The notes under the pieces: model-generated
Seen by the model: only the letters and a program-made list of their open reading frames with translations
Databases searched by the model: none
What the model was told of the DNA's origin: nothing
In this document: piece by piece, positions 1 through 10,699 of the stretch
How positions within the stretch are numbered: position 1 is the first letter of the stretch
How the letters are laid out: every line of letters starts with the position of its first letter
Origin: a virus
Taxonomy: Duplodnaviria; Heunggongvirae; Uroviricota; Caudoviricetes
Length of the DNA stretch: 64,000 bases
IMG/VR virus record: IMGVR_UViG_3300005805_000069
Coordinates: 15,442 to 79,441 of that record
Strand: one strand, 5' to 3'
Program-made: the position numbers and the translations under genes

Positions 1-3000
1 TTCCACCCTTTGTTCCAAATAAATCAGTGGCATAATGATAACTCTTAAGTCCTTCATAAAAGGATTGATACAAACTATTCATGTCTGGATCTGTTATAGT
101 ATAACTTGAACCAGACACTTTTACTTTTGGATTTTTATATAAACCTTTTTTTGTAGCTATTCCAGCACGAGCATAATTAAGTCTGAGAGAATTTAATTCT
201 TCCTCTCTTCTTCTTTCTATATCAGCTTTCTTAGCTTCTATATCAGAAACAGGAGCTGTTGGTGTAACAGCTGTTGTTATAGGTTCACCTGTTGGTGTAC
301 CATAAGGAGTGGTTGGAGTGAATACAGCAGCTGTTGAAGGAGCAGTTGGTTGCAATGTCTTGAGCTCAATGGCTAGCTTGTTTGCTACATATGTTGTAAC
401 CAATTCTACATCATCTGCAGAAGCATCAAATTGATTAGCTTCTTTGAGAACAGGCACTATTGTTTCGTTTACAAGCTTGCCGTTCTTAGCAGCATTGATG
501 ATAGTATCATTTGACAATACACTCACTGATATATCACCCTTCTCATCCACTGTTCCTGTAAAGTCAATAGGACCAGTCTTGAATCCTGTAAAGGTGTTCT
601 TTGTCTCACCATCCATTACAAAGTCACCAAGAGTTGCCTTACCCTCAGCTACAGCTTCCTTTGTAGCAGCTGCAGGGGCTGGGGCTTGTATCATTGGGAG
701 TTCAAAGTCAATGAGCGTAGCATACTTCTGCTTGAATGAATAAGGAATAGCCTCTGTGGGTTTAGCTACAGAAGTGACAAGCGGAGTTTGATCAGCGCTT
801 CTACCCTTCTTGCTCAGAAGGTAGGCTTGATAGTTAGGCCATTGTTCTTCAACCAATTGATCATTATCTACCTTGTATTCATAGAAAGGCTCATAGAACC
901 TGTCTCTGAGTGTAGAGTTGTTGATAGCATGGAATGCTTCTTTGAGCATATCCACAATCTCATCTTTCTTATTTACCAGATCTCCAGGGGTATAGTTCTT
1001 ACCTCCCAGTGACACTTCACCAGTGGAAGTGTTTATAAAGATTTGGTTTCCAGAAGTGGTGCCAGTCTTTCTCCAGAACAGAACGTTCTGAATGTATGTA
1101 GCCAGGTTTGGATTGAGTTTCTTTGTTTGTTGGAACTCATCCATCATGGTCTTTACAGCAAGATAGACAGCATTTGCCTTCTTATCACCAAGACGGTTAT
1201 TATTTATAATCTGTAACGTGTCACCATATTGCAACACTACAAGACCATTGTTAAACTTAATGTTCTCACCATTGTGAGCAATACTACCCTGTGTAACCAC
1301 CTGTAACAGCCCTTCCTGTGTAGCAATCTTGCTCTCAGGGATGAGGATGTCTCCAATTTGATTTCTCTCGTATTTACCATCTACAACATTGATAACAGGA
1401 ATACCCCTAGATATAGAAAAGCGATATGCTTTTACAGGGAATGCAGGAGATTCAAATATCTCCACTCTCTTAGCTGCCCATCCTTTAGAAGCAGCTTCAG
1501 CAGCTTCCAGTTCATCAGCTCTAAATCTAGGTTTACCAGACCTGTCATACAGAGAAGGTGTAGGCATGGTTTGGAATATCACTTGTTGAACATCAACAGG
1601 TTTTCCAATCTCACCAATACGTTTACCCTCTTTATCTACAAAATATGTTTTACCATCTTCTTGTTCTACAAACACTTGTGCTATAAGACCTGTTTCTACG
1701 TTTGTAGCATCACTAGCATCTGATGTTCCATAAGACAAGGCTGTGAGACCAGAGAGTCCTAATGCTGCTTCTTGGTTTGGTGTAACAAGAATAGCAGCAA
1801 GGTTGCCCTTGTTCTTAAAGTTCTTTGCGTTATTGAGGAACTCTCTAGAGTTTCTAATGTGTACAGATTCTTCAGCATTTTCTGTAGGAGTGGTTCCAGA
1901 TATAAACAACCTATAAGCAGACTTTAGCTTACCCTGTGTAGCAGCTAATGCTTGAAGTTCTTCAGGAGTGGGAGGAGGAGGTGTAGCTATTGTACCAGAC
2001 TTAGCCTCAAGCTCAGTCTGTTGTTTATCAAGAGCAGCTCTGTTTTTAATGAGCTCTTCTTGTTGTTTTCTTTCTTCTTCTTGACGTTTTACAAACTCCT
2101 CTGTTCTTCTGTTAAACTCAGCCTCTACATCATCTGTAAGAGCTTGATCTGCCAGAGAGTTTACATAACCAAGTTTACTATCACCTTCTTTCATCTCAGG
2201 AAGATCTTTGTATTCTTCCTTCTTAAGAACAGCATCTATGGACTCATCCATGATTTCTTCTAGTTCTTTGGATGTATTATCTTCTTCTGATAGGTTGTAG
2301 TTTTTTAAATCCTCTGGAGCAACAAACTTAATCTTACCTCCAGGCAGCTTCACTTCTAACTCACCACCAAGGGTTTGAGAAAGCACTGTGAGCTTTGGAG
2401 CCATGTACAGCATACTTCCCTCTTTCATCATTGACTTGTCAAGGGAATATTCTTTACCAATCTCCACTTGTTTCTCAGGTTCTCCTACAGGCACAGGAAT
2501 TTCTATCTTGTCTCCTACGTTAAACTCAGGATCTGTTTCATAGTTGAGAGGATTGTTTTTGATGTCCTCATATTCTTCCATGAATATTTTCCTGCGTTCA
2601 CCAAGACTGATGACATCTTGTAAAGCAGTTTTCAAACCGTCCTTAACATCAGAGGTTGTAGAAAGATCGTTTATGTTATTAAGGATTTCTGCTGTGGCTT
2701 GTCTAGAAGGTCTTTTACCTTTCAATACATCATCCAATAGATTGCCAACAATAATACCCTTTTCTATCAGGATGTTGTTGAGCATAGGAATACGAAGGTC
2801 ATAGTCAGCTATCTTACTAGATGCATATGCCATCTTATCAAGTACATAAGGGGAGTATTTAGGACTGCCATCTTCTAGCTTTTCACCAGAATATCTTATG
2901 TACAAACCGTTGTATATTTCGTTTGTGTTCTTAGCTACACGTTCAAAGTTGTTTAGTCTTGATTGGAAGCTGTCAACTGTGTCATTGATATTAGCAATAC

Positions 3001-4774
3001 CCTGAGACTTTAACTCAGCGAGACCAGTTTCTGAAGAAGACATTTGACGAAGCTCAGAAACATCTTCCATCACCATGTCAAATCTGCCATACTTGATTCT
3101 AGGAGCCAAGTAGTTGTGCATCATGTCTGTCCTCAAGTCACGAGCTTCAAGTTCGTTTCCTGTAAGAATAGCTGCTTCATGTTGTTGTTGCAACACTACA
3201 CCCCTATTGACAGAACTCATTTTATCTTGGAACGCTTCTTTGAAAGAAGGAGCTTTACTAATTTGATCTAGGAAACGTTGTGTGTTTTCAGTTTTAACAC
3301 GTTTCTCTTGAGCTAGTCTTGCAGCTTGCAAAGGTCCACCTGTAAGACCGCCAAGCAGGAAACTTTCCATACCCTCTTTAGACACAAGAGCACCCTCTCC
3401 TTTACCCTCTTCATCTTTACCAACAAAACCATATATAAATCCATCCACCCAAACATCAGCATCATCAGACTTCATTGCCTTGCTGAAATAGTTTTGTGTA
3501 CCCACTTGAAGAGCAAACTGACCAACCTCTTGTCCTGCTTCCTTAGGATCGAATACATATCTACCAACACTTGTGGCTCTTTCAGCTATCTTTCCTAGTT
3601 TGGTATCAGGAGTTTTTGCAAGCACATCATCCACTCTTCCAGCAAATGCACCAGCTGCTTGTCTTGTGTTTCTATAGGATGACCCTAATAGATATGGAAG
3701 CTGTGCATATTCTGTAGCACCAAGAAGTGCAAGGTTGCCAAAGAACGATGTCTTACCAACCTGGTCAGCTTTTTTGTTTATTTCTTCTAGAACAGCACCT
3801 GTAGGTTGTTCTCCATATTTATCTACGTATTCTTGAATCAGAGAATCTCTAAACTGGTTGCCTGTTTGCAAAGCTTCAAATGAAGCCTCACCAGCAGAAG
3901 AGTATGCAGCAATAGCTGTTCTACGAGCAGAGTTGCTAAACTGTGAAAAAGCTCCTACGCTCTTCTCAATCTGTGCAAGCTTAGAGCTTGTAGCAGTGAC
4001 ATCTGCAATAGAAGACAATTCTTTTCTTAAGATTTCAGCAGCCTCAACATTCTTACCAGCACTAAAAGCCCTTGCTGTATTTCTCAACAAAGGTGAAAAT
4101 ATCTTAAACGCTTGAGACGATTCAGCTGCAACAGCACCAGCAGATGCCACTCTTCCCAAAGCTGCACCAGCTCTAAGAAGTCCAGCATTGGCAATATTAC
4201 CACTCACCATAGCACCTACAGCAAATCCTGCATTCTTGATTAGTTTATCAAAAAGGAAGTTAGCAGTGAACCAGTTATCTGGAGAATACCAGGCTGAATC
4301 TCTTTCAGCTTTTGTATAATAGTTTGGAAGGATTTTATCATCCACCTCTTTGTTCCATTCGTCCAAACCTCTCATTACACTATTGTCCCATATGTCAGCA
4401 AGTCTTCCTGAGAAGGGAGCTCTAGCTACTCCATATAACATACCAAAACCTCCAGCGATAGTTGTAGCTGTGAGGTTGACACCTTTCAATATACCATTGG
4501 CTCCTTTGTCAAGAATACTCTGACGTTGAGCTGCAGCTTCCTCATTATCATATCCGTACATTACGGTTTTAAATCTACCACTTCTATCTCCAGCAGCTTC
4601 AGCCATGGTTATGCTAGAAGCATCATATCCTGATTTCTTAGGTGTTACGTAATTAAGGGAAGTATCGTTCAGTGGATTGTACTCACGATTAGCCACAGAG
4701 AGGTTGTCAGAAGAAGCCCCTGCTGCTCTTTTGTACGTTGGTGTGCCTGAAAGATTAATTGGTAACTCTGGCAT
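1..4774 (-). CDS. Giant virion/structural protein, partial (>=1591 aa; ATG at 4772-4774, C-terminus beyond window start)
   Basis: Minus frame stays open from the ATG at 4774 to position 1 (read by hand). The track shows no competing minus ORFs and only short plus ORFs in the region. Has Ala/Gly-rich hydrophobic stretches and a Thr/Pro-rich segment near the window edge. Lies in the structural operon. Confidence 0.6.
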   Translation of the reverse strand, partial: MPELPINLSGTPTYKRAAGASSDNLSVANREYNPLNDTSLNYVTPKKSGYDASSITMAEAAGDRSGRFKTVMYGYDNEEAAAQRQSILDKGANGILKGVNLTATTIAGGFGMLYGVARAPFSGRLADIWDNSVMRGLDEWNKEVDDKILPNYYTKAERDSAWYSPDNWFTANFLFDKLIKNAGFAVGAMVSGNIANAGLLRAGAALGRVASAGAVAAESSQAFKIFSPLLRNTARAFSAGKNVEAAEILRKELSSIADVTATSSKLAQIEKSVGAFSQFSNSARRTAIAAYSSAGEASFEALQTGNQFRDSLIQEYVDKYGEQPTGAVLEEINKKADQVGKTSFFGNLALLGATEYAQLPYLLGSSYRNTRQAAGAFAGRVDDVLAKTPDTKLGKIAERATSVGRYVFDPKEAGQEVGQFALQVGTQNYFSKAMKSDDADVWVDGFIYGFVGKDEEGKGEGALVSKEGMESFLLGGLTGGPLQAARLAQEKRVKTENTQRFLDQISKAPSFKEAFQDKMSSVNRGVVLQQQHEAAILTGNELEARDLRTDMMHNYLAPRIKYGRFDMVMEDVSELRQMSSSETGLAELKSQGIANINDTVDSFQSRLNNFERVAKNTNEIYNGLYIRYSGEKLEDGSPKYSPYVLDKMAYASSKIADYDLRIPMLNNILIEKGIIVGNLLDDVLKGKRPSRQATAEILNNINDLSTTSDVKDGLKTALQDVISLGERRKIFMEEYEDIKNNPLNYETDPEFNVGDKIEIPVPVGEPEKQVEIGKEYSLDKSMMKEGSMLYMAPKLTVLSQTLGGELEVKLPGGKIKFVAPEDLKNYNLSEEDNTSKELEEIMDESIDAVLKKEEYKDLPEMKEGDSKLGYVNSLADQALTDDVEAEFNRRTEEFVKRQEEERKQQEELIKNRAALDKQQTELEAKSGTIATPPPPTPEELQALAATQGKLKSAYRLFISGTTPTENAEESVHIRNSREFLNNAKNFKNKGNLAAILVTPNQEAALGLSGLTALSYGTSDASDATNVETGLIAQVFVEQEDGKTYFVDKEGKRIGEIGKPVDVQQVIFQTMPTPSLYDRSGKPRFRADELEAAEAASKGWAAKRVEIFESPAFPVKAYRFSISRGIPVINVVDGKYERNQIGDILIPESKIATQEGLLQVVTQGSIAHNGENIKFNNGLVVLQYGDTLQIINNNRLGDKKANAVYLAVKTMMDEFQQTKKLNPNLATYIQNVLFWRKTGTTSGNQIFINTSTGEVSLGGKNYTPGDLVNKKDEIVDMLKEAFHAINNSTLRDRFYEPFYEYKVDNDQLVEEQWPNYQAYLLSKKGRSADQTPLVTSVAKPTEAIPYSFKQKYATLIDFELPMIQAPAPAAATKEAVAEGKATLGDFVMDGETKNTFTGFKTGPIDFTGTVDEKGDISVSVLSNDTIINAAKNGKLVNETIVPVLKEANQFDASADDVELVTTYVANKLAIELKTLQPTAPSTAAVFTPTTPYGTPTGEPITTAVTPTAPVSDIEAKKADIERRREEELNSLRLNYARAGIATKKGLYKNPKVKVSGSSYTITDPDMNSLYQSFYEGLKSYHYATDLFGTKGG

Positions 4775-4779
4775 TTGTT

Positions 4780-7407
4780 TTATTTTAACTCCTTATCAAG
4801 CATAGATTCAGTGAGTAAACTTAAATCAGCTTGTGCTTGATCTTCTGATGTATATATACGAGAAAACTCTGGATTGAGAAGTTTACCAGTGATTCTATCT
4901 TTGAAATATGCTGTCACTGTATATCCTCCATTAGGAAGAACATTTAGATCTGCTCCTAGAGGAATATACTTCTTAGATCCTGACATTGATACAAGATTTT
5001 CTGAACCTATGGCAGCACTTTCCCAAGCTCTTGGATCAGTGGTGAATGCACCAAGATTGGTAGATCCAAACTTGCTAACTGCTGCTCTTGCTCTTAGAGG
5101 ATTAAACTTATATGGATTAAACTTAGATCCAGTGAGTTGTTCAAAATCTCTTTGTACAGGAACATCAGCCTCAATAACATCACCCTTATCTGTAGTGATA
5201 ATCATTGTACCCTTCCATGCACCACCTTCCTCAAAAGGTGCAGCTGCTCTGAAGGATATCTTTGAGTTAGGATCTGCTAGGGCAGTGAGAGCTTTACTCT
5301 TATTATAGTTCTTTCCTGTTAAAGAAGATGCACTTGATATGAAGGCAGAAGCTTTGTTCTTAGCAGCTTTCATTCCTTTCTCATCATCTTCACCAAAAGA
5401 GAATGTCTCGTCTGTATTTACCACTCTAGCAAGAAAATCATTCTTCACCTTTGAAGCTTCTTTGAACTTACCCCAATCCTTTGTATACACACTAAACATT
5501 CCAGACATTTTTTGCAGGTCCATTCTTTTTTTCAAATCATCTTCTGAAAGATGTCCTGCTTTGTATGTATTTAGTGGGAAGTCTTTTAAAGAACCATATT
5601 TAGCAACAATCCTATCTTCCGCACCCTTGTCATCATTCTTAATGAGAAGCATATAATCAAGGATGTCTTCCTTACTCACTGTTACACTTCTACCATCCTT
5701 CAATTTAACATTGACTGGTTTGAGGGTTTTGGTGTATTCATTTACATCTACACCAGTGGCTTTAAGAGCCTGATCATCAGCAATCTTTCCAAGTGCTAGA
5801 AGAGTGGTGTAGTTGTAATGGTTCCTTCTGAAGTTACCAATAGATTCTCTGTCCGAAGCACTCATCTGAACACCGTTCTCTTTTGCCTTGTTATCAAGGT
5901 TTAGTATCCATCTGGTTAAGAACTGATCTGTAGTTTCATTGTTGTCTTTTGCAAACTTCTCAACCATTTTAGAAACGCCAGCTTTTGTAAGAGCGTTTCC
6001 ACTACTGTCCTTACCATCATTCAACTTGTACAAATAATTGTACATGAGGTCCATTCCAGTTTGTCTGTTTGTTTGTTCTATACCACGAACTTGGGCTTCT
6101 TGTCTCTGTACAGCGGTTCTATTTTCTTCCCCAGATACATCAGCAGTGAGACGGAGTAGTTCTCCACTTTCTCCTGGTTTTTTAGGTTCAGGTTTTTTAT
6201 TCCATTTACCTGTAGCTTGATCAAACTCATAATCAGCTTGGAACTTAAGTTCTTCTAACTCTTGTTTACGAACAGCCATTCTTTGATCAAAAGCTTCTTT
6301 CCTTTCTTTGAAGGCATAGTCAGCTTCCCAATTGAGTTGTTCTGTAAGAGGACTCTTTAAGTTCTTCTCGCTCTTTTCGTATTTCGTAAACTGTTCGAGA
6401 AGGTTGTTCTCGTAGTTTGTTTTGTAATACTGCTGTTTGAAAGCATCAGGATTAGCTTGTGCAAGAGCACCAAGAGCTAAATATTGATCTTTGTATTTCT
6501 GCTTATCGTCCTTAAGAACTTTAAGTTTCTCTTCCAACACTATTCTTTCAACACCACTCATTTTTCCTGTCAGAAGGGTGTTGAGTTCTAACATGTCAGA
6601 ATCAGCTTCCCCTATCTTCTTATCATACTGTACACGATAGTTGTCTATAAGAGACTGTGCAGATATGCCTCTTGTGTTTGCCCAACCATCAATAGTAAGT
6701 TGATTTTGTACGTCTCCTCTACTAAGTACATTTTCTACAATAGACTTCACCTGTTTCATGTTGGTTGATGTCTCAATTTCAGTCATGGTTCTAGCAGGTA
6801 TAGGCTGACCGTCTTTTCCAAGTATTAGTCTGCCTTTTGCATCAGTTTGGTACATCTGTTCTACCACTGACTTATCTATTCCAGCAGCTTTCATGTTCTC
6901 ACCAATGAGCCCCATGATGTCTGTATAGGGAGAATAGGTTCCATTGAAAGAAGCATCAAGTGGTCCGTCTAAATAAGGTTTTACCACTCTATCTAGAAAG
7001 AACTCTTCGTTGTTCTTGTCAGACTTGCCTTTCTTTCTATAGTCTTCCATAGAGGCAAATTCCTTTCTGAGCCTAGCTGTAGAACTCACTGCGTTCCGTA
7101 CAATAGGATCCTTTACCACCTGATTGGTCATTCCAGACACGGAATTGACCAACTGGAAGTTAGAGAAATCACCAGCCGCTACGATTTTTAGGTTGTTTCC
7201 AAGTTCATTCAGTTTAGATTGCAAATATGCCTTGTCTGAATCTCTGTAGATATCTAGGCCAGCAACATTGTTAATCTGAGACTGAATCTTTTGTAAACCC
7301 TCATCATAGCGCCTCTGTTTCTCCATACCCACATTCACCATAGCTTCCACAGGAAGCTGCTGGATGTAGGGGTTAAATTGCGGTATGAGGTCTGTAAATG
7401 AAGCCAT
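4780..7407 (-). CDS. Large virion structural / internal (ejected?) protein, 875 aa
   Basis: Long ORF in the structural operon, tightly packed with its neighbours. Coiled-coil-rich middle region. No enzymatic motif recognised. Confidence 0.6.
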   Translation of the reverse strand: MASFTDLIPQFNPYIQQLPVEAMVNVGMEKQRRYDEGLQKIQSQINNVAGLDIYRDSDKAYLQSKLNELGNNLKIVAAGDFSNFQLVNSVSGMTNQVVKDPIVRNAVSSTARLRKEFASMEDYRKKGKSDKNNEEFFLDRVVKPYLDGPLDASFNGTYSPYTDIMGLIGENMKAAGIDKSVVEQMYQTDAKGRLILGKDGQPIPARTMTEIETSTNMKQVKSIVENVLSRGDVQNQLTIDGWANTRGISAQSLIDNYRVQYDKKIGEADSDMLELNTLLTGKMSGVERIVLEEKLKVLKDDKQKYKDQYLALGALAQANPDAFKQQYYKTNYENNLLEQFTKYEKSEKNLKSPLTEQLNWEADYAFKERKEAFDQRMAVRKQELEELKFQADYEFDQATGKWNKKPEPKKPGESGELLRLTADVSGEENRTAVQRQEAQVRGIEQTNRQTGMDLMYNYLYKLNDGKDSSGNALTKAGVSKMVEKFAKDNNETTDQFLTRWILNLDNKAKENGVQMSASDRESIGNFRRNHYNYTTLLALGKIADDQALKATGVDVNEYTKTLKPVNVKLKDGRSVTVSKEDILDYMLLIKNDDKGAEDRIVAKYGSLKDFPLNTYKAGHLSEDDLKKRMDLQKMSGMFSVYTKDWGKFKEASKVKNDFLARVVNTDETFSFGEDDEKGMKAAKNKASAFISSASSLTGKNYNKSKALTALADPNSKISFRAAAPFEEGGAWKGTMIITTDKGDVIEADVPVQRDFEQLTGSKFNPYKFNPLRARAAVSKFGSTNLGAFTTDPRAWESAAIGSENLVSMSGSKKYIPLGADLNVLPNGGYTVTAYFKDRITGKLLNPEFSRIYTSEDQAQADLSLLTESMLDKELK

Positions 7408-7494
7408 GACACATTAAGTTAGCAAATGTAATATGAATAATTATAATTTCCAAGAGCTATAACGAGTTTTGGTAATTCGCTATAACTGAATTAG

Positions 7495-10400
7495 TTATAT
7501 ACTTTTTAAGGACCTTACGATGGAACCATTTTTGACAGATTCGGTGCTTGATTTTTTAGCCTTTTCCTCAAACACTTTTCTGTATTCTGCCAGCTGAGCA
7601 GGGCTAGCGTTGGCAATCATTGCCTCAAAATCTACCAGCGGGTTCATGTTTATAGCCCTGAATCTAGGATCAAAACGATAGTTGTACAGGTTCTCGTACA
7701 CTTGTAAAGTCCTGTTTTCTAATCTGTTCTGAGCATATTTAGCAGCAACTGAGTTGAGAGCAGCTTGTGTTGTAGCCTTGGTTTTAGACTTAGCCATCTC
7801 TTGTCTTTCATACTGCTGGTCAAGAATAGCAAGGTTTTGCAGCTTAGCTTGGTTCAAGAGGTTCCTGTTTTCTCTGTACACCTGATCTTTCATAGCCTGA
7901 TTCATACGGAATTGCTCACCTAGCACCCTCTGATTGGCAGTATACTTCTGAGCACCTAGCTGACTTTGAAGGGCAGGATTGTAGCCAAATAGCCTCTGCT
8001 GTGATCTGAAGGAAGCCTCGTTCTCATTTAGTATATCCTGTAGAGATATATCATAAGGCACGCTAAGCTGGGGCTGGAAAGTCTGAGCTCTTACGGGCTC
8101 AAGCTGGTTGGTAGACAATGCATACATCTCTCCATAGAGCTGTGAAGCATCTAGGGGCTGTGCGTCTGTAGGTCTCAAATAAGGAATCACCTGATTGAAA
8201 GCTGTCATCCAAGGGAACTTTTTAGAACCAACTGGTTGTATAACCTCCTTCTCCTTTTCTTTTTCTGCAGGTAGTGCATCTTTCATACCTGTTAGGGTAA
8301 TGGTAGGGAGGGTCTCTGTAGCAGCTGGAGTTTGAGATTTCTCCATAGTGTTCTTAAGAGCAGACATATACTGTTGACTTCTCTTTCCAAAGAGAGCATC
8401 TTCATTGCTTCTAACATCTGATGCAGCATATCCCTTTTTCTTTCCATAAGCAGTGAGAGGTTCAGATGAAAGAATCTTCTCAGCATAAGGTTTTGCTAGT
8501 CTATTAAATTCTTTTTGGAACTTAAGAACAGCAGGACCTGTCTTTGCTTTTTCAGCAGCTGCATATAGCCCTTGCAAATATTCATAATCCTTTTGCTCTA
8601 GCTTAGGAAGATCTGCACCCGCCTGAGCTTTCATAATTGTCTTGCCAAGCTTAGCCATAATGTTGCCCTTGTCTGTTGTCTTCAAACCATATTCCTCTAT
8701 TGTATCATTCATGGCTGTCTGTAGAGCAGAAGCATCCATTTTCTTCTGAGCAATGTCCTTGAGCTTTTGGTTTGCTCCCATAACATTTGCTTGTAAAGAG
8801 TTGAATTTCAACCTGTCAAATGGTGTCTGCACCTCCATTTCGTCAATAGCTGTTATAGACTTATCTACCAATTTGTTTTGTTTATCTTCTGTTTTTGAAA
8901 GTTCTTCTACGTATTTCTTAAAGTTTTTACCCTCAGCCTTTGGATCACCCAACAGCTTTGGAATCTTCAAGTTGCCAAACACTACAAGGCTAGAATCACC
9001 ACTAGAGCCATCTCTCATCTTCATAGCTGGCTCACCTCTTTCCACCTCTACAGGATTGTCACCATAGGTGATTCCAATGCCTGTGTTTCCTTTTCCATCA
9101 GATTCATCGTGAGACTGCCCTCTGAACATTACAGTTTCTCCACCCTCTGGGAGGTATGGATTGTAGGACATAGGTTCAGCTCCACCGCCCCAATGTATTT
9201 GCAACTCACCACCCATTTGGAAGTCAGGTCTTTCTGTAGACATAGCTGCTGCACTAGGAGGTGTGTATTCTTTTAGATGACCGCCAGCTCTAAGCATGTC
9301 AGCATCTGCTGGGGGTTTGAGAAGGTCTTTCACCTTGTGTTCTCCAAAGGTGGTAATCACCTGTGGCTGCCATGTATGGCTCACCCACTCGTATGGGGAA
9401 GTGGTCATACCACCATCCTTCATAAAGGAAGTGTATTGCTTTTGTGCTCCAGGGATGCCCTGTTGCAAAGCCATTGTTTGAATGTTCTTTTGTGTAGCTT
9501 CTTTTGCTTCTTTAATCTTCTGTGGTTTTCTGTCAACCAGACTACCAATCAATTGTCCTCCCACTTGACCAATCATTCCTCCTATAGGACCACCTATAGC
9601 AGTTCCTGCAACTTTACCTAGTTTTCCACCAATCTGACCGCCAGCATTTCTACCAGTGATTCCAGTCATGAGTTGGCTAGCAGCATCTCCACCACCAGCA
9701 CTAGCAAATTCTGTCAAGAAACCATCTTGAGCTTTATGCATTTTACCACCATGGTAAAATTGTTTATATCTCTCGCTCTCGTTCAAAGGCTCATATCCCA
9801 AGTCATCATATAATGTATTTGGAGCATATGTGTTCATAATCTCTCCTCCACCAACAGATGCACCATTTCTAGCCAGTACGTTTGTACCTACACCATATAT
9901 TGGGAAGAATTCTTCTCCTGTGTTTACTACTTGCTCAGGACGTAAATACTTACGTTCTGTTTGTTCTGGGCGGGTTCTGGCAGCTTGCAGAGATATATCA
10001 CTAACAGCTTTGGCTTGTTCAGCTTGCTGAAGCATTCTTTTTTCTTCTTTCAAGGCTTGTATATCTCCAGCAATACTTCCAAGAGGAGTTAGTACCTCAG
10101 CTGCTTTTGCTAAACCTGCTCCTGGTACTTCTTGCACAGTGGATCCACCAGGCAAATTACCATAATATCTGTCCACACCAGTGATGTCATAAGCTGAAGG
10201 ACTAACCACATTTTGTGATCTGCTGTCAGGCAAACCCATAGGTTTGTATTGCTGAAACTGAGGAGCATTAAAATTATAACCAAAGGATGGTGGCTTTAAG
10301 TTTGATTGCAAAGGACTCCCTGCATTCTGATACTTTGGTATCTTCTTTCCTTTCTTTGCAGCCTCTCCAGCCATCTGTGCAGCCTGCCCAAGATTGCTAA

Positions 10401-10698
10401 CAATCTCACCAAGGCCACCTGCAGATTGTTGAGCAGCAGCAAGTTCAGCTTGTCTATAAGCTTCTTCTTTACGCTGATCTTCTGTAGAACCTGTTATAGC
10501 ATAGTCAGCTTGGTCATATACATCTTTGAATGCAATTGGTTGATAACCAGCATCTTGTGCACCACCAATGTAGGAACCTATCTGAGCCTTCTTTAACTCC
10601 TTGCCATGTTTAGCCATGAAAGCTTCCTCTGTAGGAAACTTCTTGTAGAATTCCTTCTCAGACTTAACACCAGCAATTTTAAGCATCTGTTTTTTCAT
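7495..10698 (-). CDS. Large virion protein with Gly-rich segments, 1067 aa; tape-measure or ejection-protein candidate
   Basis: Long ORF containing the G-rich tract GGQIGGKLGKVAGTAIGGPIGGMIGQVGGQLIG, plus K/E-rich coiled-coil regions. Position is among the giant structural genes. Confidence 0.55.
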   Translation of the reverse strand: MKKQMLKIAGVKSEKEFYKKFPTEEAFMAKHGKELKKAQIGSYIGGAQDAGYQPIAFKDVYDQADYAITGSTEDQRKEEAYRQAELAAAQQSAGGLGEIVSNLGQAAQMAGEAAKKGKKIPKYQNAGSPLQSNLKPPSFGYNFNAPQFQQYKPMGLPDSRSQNVVSPSAYDITGVDRYYGNLPGGSTVQEVPGAGLAKAAEVLTPLGSIAGDIQALKEEKRMLQQAEQAKAVSDISLQAARTRPEQTERKYLRPEQVVNTGEEFFPIYGVGTNVLARNGASVGGGEIMNTYAPNTLYDDLGYEPLNESERYKQFYHGGKMHKAQDGFLTEFASAGGGDAASQLMTGITGRNAGGQIGGKLGKVAGTAIGGPIGGMIGQVGGQLIGSLVDRKPQKIKEAKEATQKNIQTMALQQGIPGAQKQYTSFMKDGGMTTSPYEWVSHTWQPQVITTFGEHKVKDLLKPPADADMLRAGGHLKEYTPPSAAAMSTERPDFQMGGELQIHWGGGAEPMSYNPYLPEGGETVMFRGQSHDESDGKGNTGIGITYGDNPVEVERGEPAMKMRDGSSGDSSLVVFGNLKIPKLLGDPKAEGKNFKKYVEELSKTEDKQNKLVDKSITAIDEMEVQTPFDRLKFNSLQANVMGANQKLKDIAQKKMDASALQTAMNDTIEEYGLKTTDKGNIMAKLGKTIMKAQAGADLPKLEQKDYEYLQGLYAAAEKAKTGPAVLKFQKEFNRLAKPYAEKILSSEPLTAYGKKKGYAASDVRSNEDALFGKRSQQYMSALKNTMEKSQTPAATETLPTITLTGMKDALPAEKEKEKEVIQPVGSKKFPWMTAFNQVIPYLRPTDAQPLDASQLYGEMYALSTNQLEPVRAQTFQPQLSVPYDISLQDILNENEASFRSQQRLFGYNPALQSQLGAQKYTANQRVLGEQFRMNQAMKDQVYRENRNLLNQAKLQNLAILDQQYERQEMAKSKTKATTQAALNSVAAKYAQNRLENRTLQVYENLYNYRFDPRFRAINMNPLVDFEAMIANASPAQLAEYRKVFEEKAKKSSTESVKNGSIVRSLKSI

Positions 10699-10699
10699 G